A stretch of 50,221 bases of DNA from Phoronis australis (Eukaryota > Animalia > Phoronida). The notes under the pieces were generated by a model that was given only the letters and a program-made list of their open reading frames with translations, ran no database searches and was not told the DNA's origin. The stretch is from the NCBI GenBank assembly GCA_002633005.1, contig NMRA01000779.1:75271-125491 (forward strand). The letters run 5' to 3'. A program made the translations under genes and the position numbers. Positions 11,801 through 26,400 of this stretch are shown piece after piece (positions within the stretch are counted from its first letter, which is position 1; each line of letters starts with the position of its first letter).

Positions 11801-14800
11801 CTTCAGTAAACCAAAGTTCCCCTAATGGGAAAGCGTTCATAGTTAGTCTCGAATCCAGATTCTATCTGGCATTAAAGTTTGAAATTTATCCCCAAAACGA
11901 GGCCATTTTGCAATATTTTTATAGAATTAAAATTTTATTTGTTTTGAAAAATGCGTATTTCAACCTAGGACCAATATCATATTACTCCCAGATTTCAACA
12001 TTTCATAGTGTTCCCATTCTGCCGTTTTCTGTTTTTTCTCAGACACCTGTTGTTCAGTGATTTCAATTTGTCTCTGTTCCTTTTCGAAATAAAGTACTGA
12101 ACTAGAAGGTCAGCTGTACCGTGAACAGTACATGTAGGTATGGTGGTCACAACTCGTGTTTGTCCTCTGAGTTTTGTCCCGCGTTAGGTTAAGAGTGTAA
12201 AATGTTTTCATGCCCAGTTGATTTGAATTCACCAGTTGACCCCATCATTGGATTGCCGAGTAAAGAACCTGAAGTTACCCAACTCGAATGCTTTACTAAT
12301 TGCCATGTCTTCACTGAGGTTGAGTTTTAATTAGCACATATTGTGGTGTTCAAACATTTTGCGATATTTCAGTAGTGCAACACTGTTGTTGTACCGACCT
12401 GTGTTAAATCTAAAATACACGTGAAAGGTACATGGCATACAATTTTACGTTTTTACTGCTCTGTGTGTTTGAGGGCCCCCAGCGTACTCTGTGTCCGGCT
12501 CAGATGCTAAAAGATTCTAAATTCGAGGGTAATTGACGTAAGGCGACTTTTGTCACGTCTGTTGTCGTCTCACAATAAAACTCGACGTCGGTTCACGATA
12601 AATTAAGCAACTGTATTATTTCGCGTCTTATATCTTACGGACACATCCTAGTGCATTTTGCTAAAAAGTTGGTTACACTATGCCACTGGTTCAAAGTCAT
12701 TAAATGATAGCTAAACAGTTAGCCATGCTGGTGGACTTCAATAGCCGTGACGCTAATACCTCGGCAGAAAACCAAGATCTCGGGAGATTCCGCGGGATAT
12801 TGCCGTTAATTCTCAATGAGAACAAGTGATTTTGGCTAGATTTTTCTCGTTGCGTGACATTATTGAGCACTGTCCTGTCAGCCGTGTACTGATCAACTAT
12901 AGAAAAACGTTTTACGCTATGTTGCTCGTTAAAAACGCCCTCACTCTATAGCCCAAACCACGAGGTTTTCGCTGCATCTATAAAGGACTTAACAACAGGT
13001 GTTTGAACGGGCATTATGAATAGCCAACACTGCTAATGGACGGTATAGCCTGTCCCGCCACCATGAGTTAGTTTCTGTGCCGGACAGTGCAGTATGTTCG
13101 GGGTCATCCACCATTCTCTGCTGTATCTTACATTTATTGTTTTAGTGCCTACACGAGTTTGATAGAATGTATAAACGGACATGCGGGCCAATCCTTGAGC
13201 GCCTCCTGTCTGCCGTCTGTTAAATCGGAATTGGACAGTTTACTGGGTAAGTTGATTACGTACAACGCCATGTTGTTTTATTGTCTCAAGGTTTCTCGTC
13301 TCTTATTCTACCTGCGGTAGGAAGTCAGGATGGCTATTAGAGTCCGACCATCTGATGAAAACTGGCGTCGTGCGTTCCGTGGGCGCTGCCCCTCAAGAAA
13401 ACGCAAGACCGGGCAAGACTGCGCGAGATACTGCAATGTATTACAAGCTGTAGCTTTGCGAGTTATGCGTTTGGGGAGGTCAGCCTAACTGGTTCACTAG
13501 CCGAGTAAGACAAACTCAACTTCATTCGTGGCTTGGTCTTAACAAAAATAATTTAACGACGCAATTTTCACAAATCATATAGAACAAGGCACGTGCAACT
13601 GCTTCTCGTGTAGGATGGAGGGATCGAATCACGTCAGAGATAGCTGGACAACCTGGAGAAACGCAAGTCAATCACCCAAGATTTTGCAAGATATCGCCAT
13701 GCGTTTGAAGGGAAACACGTGATCACACCAGTTTAATAAGGCCTGGAACGAGATAAACAGAGTGAATTGCATTGTTGACAATGGTTCTCTTCCACTGAAA
13801 CAGAATTCAAATGCCCACCAGGTATTTTTAGGGTCTGTTCATGTGGATTTTTAATTTTTGTTGATATCAAAGTATTTTTCTTTTAGTTTTAAATTTCAAA
13901 AAACGATCTGTCAACTATTCGCCACTTTGTCGATTTTTCTCCCGCAAGGCAAAGCATGTCTCCTAGCTAGGTATGGTATTAGACATAGACATAGACGTAG
14001 CACATTTCCTTATATGGAAAGTGTGACATTTGACCTCAGACGACTTCAAGCTACTGACTTTGAGCGCATGCGCGCATTTATCATAAGTGGGAGGGAGACT
14101 GGAAACTGTGTGATAACCACAGTTTTTTCCTTCGCGCATATCTCAAACATTTTGTGATTTTTTTCTGAAAATCTCCTCATAGGGGACGTGAATTACTCTG
14201 TACTAGACGCTGAGAGATGGTACTTTCGTCAGGATTTGTTTAAAAGATATTTTGACGAGTTTTCGCGTTCCATATCTCTTTATCTCACGGGATTTTTGTG
14301 TCTGCAGAACACAGTCTTTTGAATTGTTGCTCTAACAGTCGGCAACCCAAGTCACAGGCAATGCGTACATATGACATTCGAATTCGCAATTTTAGGTTGG
14401 CCGCCCCAATAAACTTTGCAGTGTTTTTAGTCGCTGATTGTTCCGATGCTCCTGTTGGTAACGGTATTAAATAAAGTCCAAGCATAATAAGAAATTTTAT
14501 GAAACCGATTTTATGAGAGTAAATGGGATAACTCTATCTTCGCTGTAAACGGTACGAAATGTAGCATAGTTTTTTAAATTTTTATTTAATGACGTCATCA
14601 GTTCTTTGTTTTATTAAGCAAACTAAGCTTGCTACATGTGGGCTACCTTTAACCTGTTGGGACTTCAACGTTATCTCATCAAATTTTATCAAAAGTGTCA
14701 ATAAACCCACCTTCCTACACAATGTATGGCGACTTTTGATTTAAACCCCTTGCTGTAATGGCATTGGTCTCAAGTTGTGCCTAATTAGTGAAATTGGAGG

Positions 14801-17800
14801 TGATTACAGTGATTCAACAGAATGGACAGTTCGTTATTTCTTGAGACCAATAACAGCAGACAGTTCCTTATTTCTTGACACCAATAACCAACAGACAGTT
14901 CGTTATTTCTTGACACCAATAACCAACAGACAGTTCGTTCTTTCTTGAGACCATTAACCAACTGACAGTTCGTTATTTCTTGACACCAATAACCAACAGA
15001 CAGTTCGTTATTTCTGGAGACCAATAACCAACAGACAGTTCGTTATTTCTTGACACCAATAACCAACAGACTATTCGTTATTTTTTATACCAATAACCAA
15101 CCGTCAGTTCTTTACAAACCCAAAAATCACTTTCCACCAGAGGAAGGAACAAATGACGTCACAAGGCCGATTTAGACAGTCCAAATGCCAAAGGTAATTC
15201 TTAGGTTTTACTGTCGCTAGAAAATTAGAGCCTATACATGTACATGTAGATAAATAGATTGCCACTTGATGTTTGCCCTCATCCATGACCGTTGTTCTGC
15301 TTGGCTAGTCAGTCCTTTTGTTGTTTTCAGCAAACGAGCCTCAGGTTGGATACGGTTGTACGTTCGAAGAATACGGAAAGAAGTGTCCAGATTTACAAGT
15401 TTCTATCGTTACAAGCGTCTCCGGTAGGTTTAGTCTATACTTAGCCTGAAAACGAAACACCTGAGTAAAATCGCGAAGAAGTAGGTAACGTGGGTGGAAG
15501 GAACGTCTGAATTTTCCATTACAGGAAAGGCAACAACTTCTGGTTTAATTTAAGACACGCGCGTGCACAAGAGACATCCACCTGGGCCTACAACGAAGAT
15601 CAGACGCACGCATCCTATGTGTGGAAATACATCGCATATATATTTCTGAAAGAAAATGTTATTTCGAATATATATCAAGCGCGTGCTCCTAAATAAACAT
15701 ATAGGTTACCGCTTACTATTCCATTTTGCGCACGCCAATAAAATACATGGATTAAGTAATTAATAATCTACTACTAGACGGAATGCAATATGGCGATAAG
15801 ATGAGCTTACGATCAGCCACTCTCTACGATTAAATACAACGAATTGCTTCTATTTGAATTTACAGTCGATGGTAACTGGACCGCTTGGTCCGAGTGGACA
15901 ACATGCAACGCCTCTTGTGGTGGCGGCAATCAAACACGAAACAGATCTTGTAGCAATCCCGCGCCTTCTGGTGGGGGTAAGAACTGCACCGGTGAAAGTG
16001 TGGGTAGCCAGGAATGCAACATGCAACAATGTCCAAGTAAGGAACTAAAATGGAATTTAAGCAGTGTACACGTATAATAGATACACGTTTTCGTAGGGCG
16101 GTGTTATGATGTGCAGTTTTCCATTTAGTCATTTTCAACAGGATTCTTTCAAAATTTTCAACTTTACCAAGAGTTGGTTATTCATAATCGGAGTAAACGA
16201 GGGTTTCTGACTACATTTTAAAACGTTACCAATTGTCTAGTTTTCTTAATCATTTACAAAACTATTATGGTTTGCAGTTAACGGAAATTGGTCAACTTGG
16301 ACTCAGTGGGGAACGTGCAGTATTGCGTGTGGCGGTGGTAATCAAACACGGAACAGGACGTGTAGTAATCCCGCTCCTCAACATGGTGGGTTGAACTGCA
16401 CCGGGGAGAATGTTGAAAGCCAAGAATGCAATACTCACTCCTGCCCCAGTAAGTACAATTATGATTACATTCCACTCGGTCACGATGCTGCGAGACCGAC
16501 TCGACGACGAGTCAGCTCTCCAAGAACTGCCAAACGTGAAACGCGAATATCGATGACATTTCGTGAGTGCGCTCAAAAATAAACACTTGAACAAAAAGTT
16601 TGGAAATTTGTGCTCACTCGCCCTGTTTTTATTATTTTTGGTATAATTAAATGATGTTGTATACCAATGAAAAGGCCAGTCATTTCCCTTTTCACTGATA
16701 CCCCCTTCTGTCAATAATTGCTTACTGTGTTTAGTAACTTTGCCGCCACAGGGCGATTGGTCTTAAAGTGAATGTTGCAAATTCAGTTGGAGCTAAATGT
16801 GTATTCAAGTTTGAGCATTCAGCTTTTTCCATAACAATTACAGTGCTGGTTCTATGGTAATACAAACTTATGACAATTTGGCAACACTTTATTTTTTGAA
16901 CAACTAGCTGAAAGACAGTAGTGTTAGTCTAACTGATAGACAACAATGATACTGTCTTCAGTATCGGGTTGACCAAATTCGCAGTCATTACAGCCACACT
17001 CCTTTTTCGCATGCTGTTGGTCGGAGTTTGTACTTCAGTTTGGAGATGAGACTAGGAATCACTCCAAATTGTGCTGCTACCACATCCTGGGAAACATCAG
17101 CACCAATTTGTCCAAGAGCTCTGGCCTTTTCTGTATTACAAAAACGTAGCATACTTGGATTTTCACTTTTGAAGAAAGCTGCAAACTGGGCACTCCAAAC
17201 ACAGTTTACAGAATTGTGATTTATGCTAAGCCTGCTAACAGCAGGAGTTCCATTCTATCATCCAGTCTCTCACAAATTTGGTGTTTATCCCCCCTCCTCC
17301 GCTGTTAAATCACCAGAGCATCACAGGTGGCGACGAAACAAACAGGGATATTTGCAACATTCACTTTGAGACCAAGCCCTCAAGGATACTGAGCATATCA
17401 AATGTTTATTGACAACATGTGATATTGTTAGAAAGGGGAATGACTGAGCTCTCCATTGATATGCAACATGGTTTAAACACGGACGAATGAACCTAAATTT
17501 TCGAACTTTTGTTGAGGTGTTTAGTTTGTCAAAGACAATTTACAGGGAAGAGGAGGAGAAATGAAGGCCAGGTAACAGGCACAGAATTGACTGATTGGCT
17601 TTACTTCGATGCACTACGTTACAAGGTAACATCGTATTTCTTATAAATATATCGGGTAGAGACGACTCTCATGACAAAATAATGTACCGTACTGATGATA
17701 CACTTGCGATATCCCTGCACGTGCGCACCGTATCGTGAAGCACTTGCATGTGTCCTGTCTCCTTAAGTTGTCGCTACTTATTGTGAAGACAGACTTTGAC

Positions 17801-20419
17801 ATTTTGTAACTGACTAAAATGTAAGAATCTGTGCAGTCCGAAGTTCCTTACAAAGCGGTGGTTGGGGCCAGTTCTTTTCTTTCACGTTTCGTATTGAGAA
17901 CATTTTTAACTTTGTGGTGTAGGTGACACCGTAGTTGGTTGAGTGCGTCAATAAAGGTGCTTGCAATAGGTGTTGCCCTGTGTAGAGTTTTATCATAACG
18001 GCATACTCGGCCAAAGGAATTAGCATTGTCGTTTCTGCTCTGTGTCGGACTCATTTCAAAACCTACTGTGTAAATAACGAAAAACGACCACTCGCACCAG
18101 TTTTAGGGAAGCTCTGTTTTCTTTAAAAACGGTATTGTCAACCAACTCAGTGGCAATCATCTCGTTCACGGCCTGAAGAATATGTAGAAAAATGTCCAAA
18201 TTGGCTAATTGCGGGACATCATGTCTCAGAAATGGATGGTCTGATTCAAACTTCCAGGTACTGTGATTCAGGCACTGCTGTCCAAAACTTTGTTAGAAAT
18301 TGTTATAAACCGTTGTACTTTTGTATGAGGGGTTATACAACTCGGACTGTTGCGATTTCATAAAAAACATAAAAGTTGCATAAAACGGAAATGAAATTAT
18401 TATTTAGATAAGTGTATCTTCGTGTTTAAAATGTTATTTTAACTTTTATATTAAAAGAAACCTGGCCATGTTGTTGAAACTTTTCTGTATGCTAAATTTG
18501 ACTACGTGCACGTGGTCACACAAGGTGTCGCTGGTGGCGGCATCTCTCTAGCCCGTGAAAGCGGGGAATAATTCCCACTTGGAAGATCAAAACACTTTAT
18601 GACTTCACGAAATAGTTCATGGGAACTGGAGCTCGTGGACTCAGTGGATTGCCTGCAGCATTTCATGTGGTGGTGGTAATCAAACACGGAACAGAACGTG
18701 TACTAATCCAGTACCTGAACATGGCGGCTTGAACTGCACGGGCACGAACGAGGAAGTACAACCGTGTAATACGCAATCATGTCCAAGTAAGAATATTTTG
18801 AAATTAACTGTGTTGTCTTTTTGCAAGTCACTCTTAATGTCAGCACTTTGCTCACGAGTTTGTCTTTTCACGTTTGTGTAATTATTGTGCCAGTTTTGCT
18901 CATGCGCAATCGGAAATCGCTTCAAATTCTCATTTTGTAACGTTTCAGTTGTTTACTTGCTTTTGTTTATCTGTTGTTTTGTTGATTGTGGTGATAAGGA
19001 GAGATCGAGTGGTAGTCTTAACCGTGGGATTTTTTTTTCTCGTGAGGGCCGACTATTAATTGTTCTTGAAACCGATCAATAGTCTAACGTTTTAAGGTTT
19101 TGTTATTTCACGAAATAGTTCATGGTAACTGGACTAGGTGGAGCCAGTGGGGAGCATGTAATAATTCATGTGGTAGTGGTGTCCAAACGAGGAACAGAAC
19201 ATGCAGTAACCCGGTACCTCAACATGGTGGTATAAACTGTACGGGGCTGAATGAAGATAACCAAGTGTGCAATACACAACCGTGTCCAAGTAAGCGTAGT
19301 GGAAACTATTCATGCAAGCATGTCCTGACCACAGGCGTCCTCAGCTTCTAATCGTCCACAATACACTATATAATACTACAAGGTATGACACTCCCGACTA
19401 GAAATTCCACGGGTGCTTCAATTCAGCCGTCCATAGCAAATACAAAACTCAATAAATTTACACAAAACAGAGGTTCAATTCATGAGGAATTGTTCTTTCT
19501 CCCAATACCAATTACGGTGTCCTGCTTCACCCAGTTCGCAAGAAATTCGCGGTCAAAGCACAAAAATCTTCCCAAGAAGCCCGTCCGGAGAAGCTCCTTT
19601 GTAAATCAAAGGTCAAGGACGATTATTACGGAATTGTCCGATGAGTTACGGATAAACAGCAATTGCCGATTTGTCACGGAAAGTTACGAAATCGTGACAA
19701 TCGGCAATTGCCGTTCATCCGTAACTCATCGGATAATTCCGTATTGTCCTTGACCTTCGATTTACAAAGGAGTTTCTCCGGACGGGCTTTTTGGTAAGAG
19801 TTTTGTGCTTTGACCGCGAATTTCTTGCGAACTGGGTGAAGCAGGACACCGTTAATGGTATTGAGAGAAAGAACAATTCCTTTATGGTTTGTTGAAACTC
19901 TGTTTTGTGTAAATTTATTGAGTTTTGTGTTTTCTATGGACGGCTGAATTGAAGCACCTGTCGAATTTCTAGTCGGGATTGTCATACCTTGTAGTATTAT
20001 ATAGTGTATTGGGGACGATCAGAAGCTGAGGAGGCCTGTGGTCCTGACATGTTATTAGTGCCTATAGGAAACTGTTGTGGTTAGGTACAGTTTGACTTGA
20101 GTGAGGAATACCACGTGGGACAACTTATTAAAGGATCCACACACGTTATCTTTCAAATGTTGACAGACATTTTCTCTTTGTGCCTTAATGTAGTGAAAAC
20201 AAGTAAATACATGTTCAGTAGTATCGTGAAAACGCAACTTGGTTTTCCATGCTTCTATTCAATCTTTTAACAACGTCTTTGACGTGATGTACTGAAGTAA
20301 TTTTCCATACGTAATTCTACACCAAGGTGTGGTTTTGAATGTTGTGGCCCTGAATAAATTACATCGGTTGAAAATATGACACGTTTGGAAAAACCGCCAT
20401 GTTATAAGAGCAACATTTA

Positions 20420-20456
<37 letters not shown>

Positions 20457-23400
20457 TTATGACATTAATATTCTATCGTTTCCAAACCAGTTCCTGGAAA
20501 TTGGAGTAGTTGGAACCAGTGGGGAGCCTGCACTGTTTTATGTGGTGGTGGCAGTCAAACGAGGAACAGGACATGCAGCGCCCCCGCACCTCAACATGGC
20601 GGTTTGAACTGTACGGGGACGAATGCGGAAAATCGAACTTGCAATGCCCAGCTATGTCCGAGTGAGCTTTCGTCAAATTAATTGGTTTGTCAGTTACTGA
20701 ACTAATTACTCGGGTGCGAGTAGACTATTGTGTTTTAGGGCTTGTTTACACACCGCCATACATGTAAGCCCCAAGTTTTCATGTGGTACGGCTACCGCGG
20801 CATATACATGTAACTGACAAGTCTGTGTTGTTGCGTTAGTTCCAGTTTGTTTGAATACCAAGATAAATGTGGTTTATTTTTTGTATTTTTGTTTTTGCCG
20901 AGTTTGTTGTAATCGGCCTATGAGTCACATCTTAACGTTTCACTCTTGAGATATTGCAAACCATTTATTTGCAAAATGATGTTTCATTGACATCAATAAA
21001 GTATGTGATTCAACAATATGCAATGCACGTCAACTTTTTTTCTTTTACGAAACAGTCAACGGAAGTTGGAGTGCATGGAATCAGTGGGGAGTTTGCAGTA
21101 TTTCGTGTGGTGGCGGTAACCAAACACGGATCAGAACGTGTTCTAACCCAGCACCGCAATATGGCGGCTTCAACTGCACGGGGGATAGTGCAGAAAGTCA
21201 AGCATGTAACACCCTGTTATGTCCAAGTAAGCTTGTGGTGACGTCATATCGCACATCTATGTTGATCTTCGTTATCATTCGTCTGTCTGTGATTCCATAC
21301 TGTTTTCATTTGTTAGTATGGTGTGCGCCCATTTCTGTCAGACAATCATAGTTGACGTGTGACTTCTTGAAGTGCAAACTAAATGTTGAATAGGGTGCTG
21401 ATATTTATTAATCGACTTAATGTTCCTTAATGTTGTCGTCACGTCATAATGTGCACGTGACTGAGGCTGCTTAACACCGCCTTCCGTCACAAAAACTTTT
21501 ACTTTACTCTTTGTCTTGTGTATAACTGACCTTAGTTTGTTCTCTTTTCTGATGAAAAGCGACATCTTTATGTGCTGATTGTTGAGACCAACGCCACTGC
21601 ATACGACCCATAGTGACTAGCCAGCAACGAACTGTCATAATATAACTCTTCTGAAGCCCAGAAACTACCTTTCATCTGACTAGCGGAAAATGTTGCACAA
21701 GTTTAATGTGCGGTTTGAATGGAAAGTTACGTTTTTGACGGAAGGCGGCTTTGGGTCTCTTTAACGTTTGTTGTGTACCTCTCTAGCTGATGTTCGAGAC
21801 AAAAACTACGAAACGGTCTGTATCTGCCCAAACGGTAGGAAGACGATGAGTATGGCGCTAAAACGGCTCATAGTAAAAATATATCTTATTAATTAGTTCA
21901 CGGAAACTGGAGTTTTTGGTCCAACTGGGGGGCATGCAGTAATTCTTGTGGAGGCGGAAGTCAATCAAGAAACAGGACGTGTGGTAACCCCGTCCCTCAA
22001 CATGGCGGATTGAACTGTACAGGGGAGAATGTCGATAACCAACCATGTAATACACAACCTTGCCCAAGTAAGTAAAGTCACGTGTACAACCACGTAGTAC
22101 TCGACCTTATTCAAATGAGTACAGTCATGTGTAAATCAATCACGTAGTACTCGACTTTATTCAAGTGAGTACAGGCACGTGTAAATCAACCATGTAGTAC
22201 TTGGCCTTATTCAAGTGAGTACAGTCACGTGTAAATCAACCACGTAGTACTTGGCCTTGTTCAAGTGAGTAGTCACGCGTAAATCAATCATGTAGTGCTC
22301 GGCCTTATTCAAGTGAGTACAGTCACATGTAAATCAACCATGTAGTACTCTGCCTTATTCAAGTGAGTACAGTCACGTATACACCGACGTAAGCGTAAGT
22401 AAATAACTATAATTGGTCGCCGCAACTGGAGAGGTAAAATGGAAACAAAACGGGGTATAGAGTGCCGCTATAGCCCCAATATTTTCAGTGCTCCGGCGCC
22501 CATGGTCTAAGGGCATTGCACCATATAGGGGGCTGGGGGGGGGCCTCCACATTTTTTAGTCAGTGCTGCGTCACCCATGTACTAGCATGTTGCTGCGATA
22601 CTGTCATCATCTCTTGACTGTCTGTGCGTCTGGTTTACTGCGTCCGCTGTTCTCCTAAACCGATTGCCAGTTCTTCGTGAAATTTGGCAGATAATGTGTC
22701 TGTGAAGCTGATGACGAATGACAACGACTTTCGGACTGATTAGACTTTGCCAAACTACTCAAACGGTCATGATGAATTTGATAGAACGTGCTGTTGAGGA
22801 AAGTACTAGCAACGGCGACTGGCGAACGGTTGCAACTAGCGTGTCGCCCTCATGTGGCCATTTTTTGTATCTGCCTCAATATTTACGACGATCCTTGATC
22901 GATCTCCATGAAATTTGGTATGGTGTGTGCGTATGTTCCCATCAGGAGAGCACGGCCGACGTGAATTTTGGACAAGTCCAAACATTGCAACACCTTCCAT
23001 AGGCCTACTGGCATTTTTTCGACTGCCTTGCTGTTTTAAACTTCCCATGATAGATGCAGGTGACGTTTTGTACATATTTTCCCAATGTATTGGAGGAAGC
23101 GCATCCGATGTTATTTAATTTTAGGACTACAACTACTATGATGGCCATTGCGCCCCTCCGATTATGGCTTTCTTGCCTATGCCTCAATATCTAGTCAACC
23201 AAATACGTTCTTTGGGATTCTGAAAATAAGTTCGTATAAAGGAGGCGAATACCAGCTTCAGGCGAGTTTGACCTATTATGCACCCCCTAGTGATTATTTT
23301 AATTATTTTCTTGTCTATTTTTGGCGTGTCTCACTATCTGACAAGCCCCTTGAAGAATAACCCTGGAAGTTGACTGATGTGTTCGACATCTGGCGGGCAT

Positions 23401-26400
23401 TGATTTTGGATGTCAATATCAACCAAGTTCCTTGATGGATGTTCTTGATATTTGGCAGTTGGGTTCCTATTGACAAAAGCACGACTGGCATTGATTTTTG
23501 GACGAATTTGACGACTGTGTGACATCCAACTGGCACTGAAAATGGCATTGCATCTACCAGGCTTACAGTCTACCTACAGAATCTTCATGAACTTCGGAAT
23601 AAGGGGGCACAACTGACGCTCATTTCTGAGTGTATCCGTAGAAATATACGATAAAATGAAAATCTCACGTGAATTCCTTAACCGTTTACAACGCACAAAG
23701 TGGGCGGATATTGACGCTCGGTGCCACGATAATAGAACAGTAAGACGGCCTTTTTATTATTTATTGCACAGACAATAAAAAAGATGACACTACGGCCCAG
23801 AATTCAACCACAGCATGGAATATTATGGGACCAATGTTAGCAAAATACAGGTTGAAAAATAGGAAATGGTGCCTCTGTCCTTGTGTACATTTGCTAACCA
23901 AGCCAAACTGCGGTGACAACATCATAGCGGGTTGGGGGGGGGGGGGGGGGGGGCNCTTCTCCATCACCCTACAATGCACTGCATGTTGTTTTAACGTAGT
24001 CAATGGAAACTGGACGTGGTGGTCTCCATGGGGCGCTTGCAGTGCCACCTGTGGTGGTGGTAATACAACTAGAAACAGGACCTGCAGTAATCCAGTACCT
24101 CAACACGGCGGCCATAACTGCACGGGAACTGTAGTCGAGACACAAAGCTGCAGTTTGCAGCCTTGTCCTGGTGAGTTCTTTGTGTCCCTTAATTGAAACC
24201 AATGTCTAGGAATGATTCACCTGTTACTGTACAAAATTATTTTCTATGATCAGAATACGGAGCAGGCAAGTGAAGTCACGTAATAAATGTGTCGTGTTGC
24301 GTGGCCATGCGTGGTCGTACATTTTCGCCATGTCGTTGCGTTCACGGAAAACACGGCTAAGGAATCATGTGCGTTGGCGGATTTAGTCCCCGGCTCCCCG
24401 GCCCTTGTCGATACGACCAAAACCAAACTAACGCTGGCAGATTTACCTCCCCTACGGACACAATCGAAGGAAACAAAAAAACGCCAGCTTTAAACCCCAC
24501 GCGGCTGTGGTTCCCTTCGGAATCCCCTTACGACATTCTGCATCTGCCAGTAAGGTGACAATTTTGGTGGCGAAGCCATTGCTTTTGATTCCTTAAGTAC
24601 CACGACGACCATTTGCAGTATACGATTTCACTGTCAGCACGCAGGCATATTCGTGCCTTTTATATGTCTTGAGTGCACCGCACTTGCCATAAGGGATTCT
24701 GCATAGCACAGTCTTTGAAACAATTAAGGTGTACATGTTCGTGGATTAGTGCCTATTGTTGAGATGAGAGCCAATTTTAAAAAAGGTTTGTAATATTTAG
24801 ATTTGTGAGCACGTTATTATACTTCTCCCGATCCATAAATGGCACGTTTATCGCTCCCTCACCTTCTCCACTTCTCGTTTTGATGGCAGTCAATGGGAGT
24901 TGGTCACCGTGGAGCGAATGGGCAATGTGTAGTATTTCATGTGGTGGCGGTAATCGAACACGGCATAGGACGTGTACTAACCCAGCACCTCAACATGGCG
25001 GCTTGAACTGTTCTGGAAATGGAACGGAAACGAAGACGTGTGTTATGAATCCGTGCCCAAGTAAGTCTAAGGTGATCCACACACAACATTTTGTTTGAAT
25101 GAAATGTAGTTATTAAGCAATTGTTCTAGGCATATTGCTCATCACATGCCGTGGTCAGTTCACAACCATTTTACAATAATTTCTCAATAAGTTTAACAGA
25201 CAGGCAAGACTTATATTCACGATTGATACCTTCATACAGATGTTTCGTCTTGGCATATGCTAAGGAAGACTTAAGAACTATTTTTCAAGCGTGCGTCACT
25301 ATCTTCATAATTGCAACCAACATGTATACCTTTCAGTCAATGGACATTGGGCAACATGGTCTTCATGGGGTTCATGTAGTGTTTCATGTGGTAGCGGTTA
25401 CCGGGAAAGGAACAGAACGTGTAGTGACCCAGCGCCGCTGCACGGCGGTACGAACTGCAACGGAAATGGAACAGCAACACAAATTTGTGACAAAGCTTCG
25501 TGTCCAGGTGAGTTCAATGTGTAGTTTTATTTTATTAATTTTAATTTCAAGAGTAAGTTAAATCTGTAAATTTATAAATACTTAATTTTTATGTTCATGG
25601 TTATTTAAAGTGGATAGTTCTGTAAGAATAGTTTAATCAGAAAATTTTAGTGAATTTGTATCACTTGGTTTGATTGCTGCGCGTGCAGCGTCCTCTGACG
25701 TGTTGACTATTACAGAACAGGTATTCGACATTTTAAAGACATCACGTGGGAGTGATCAACTAACAATTTCTTTGATCTGTCACGGAATGAATTGTGCAAC
25801 AGGTGACAAAAAACTGTTTTTGGTGAAAACTAGATTTGATATCCTTCTAATAGAAATAATATAAGCATAATCGCTGACAGTCACTTAGAGTGCACCGCTC
25901 GAAACGTTGGTCTGTTTTCATCTGTTTAGTTTTTATCCATTTGGTTGGTTACTACGGAACCTCTTACGTCATATATACCAGAGTGTAAGCAATATGGAAA
26001 AAGTGAAGACAACAGGGTCGATAAACCATGCCTCAGTGATATATCATGTGTGTTGAATTCATATTTTTAGTTAACTCAACTTGGAGCAGTTGGTCGAACT
26101 GGTCAAAGTGTAATGTCACGTGTGGAGAAGGTAGCCAATCACGTTCTCGAAATTGCTCCACTGGGAACTGTACCGGAAATGATTTGGAGTCACGACAATG
26201 CAACGGAGAAGGGTGTTCGAATAGTACATCCGGTAACGTTTGGGGTGATTGGACATTATGGAGTGCGTGCTCAGTGACCTGTGGCAACGGTAGCCAATCA
26301 CGAAGTAGAACGTGTAACTCAACATCCGGGATTGCTAACTGCACCGGAATCGATTTAGAGAACCAAGAGTGTAACTTAGGTTCCTGTGTTGCTTCAAATT

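Noticed and set aside
19385-19985. Two similar opposite-strand ORFs as duplicated genes
   Set aside because: They are a by-product of the palindromic element
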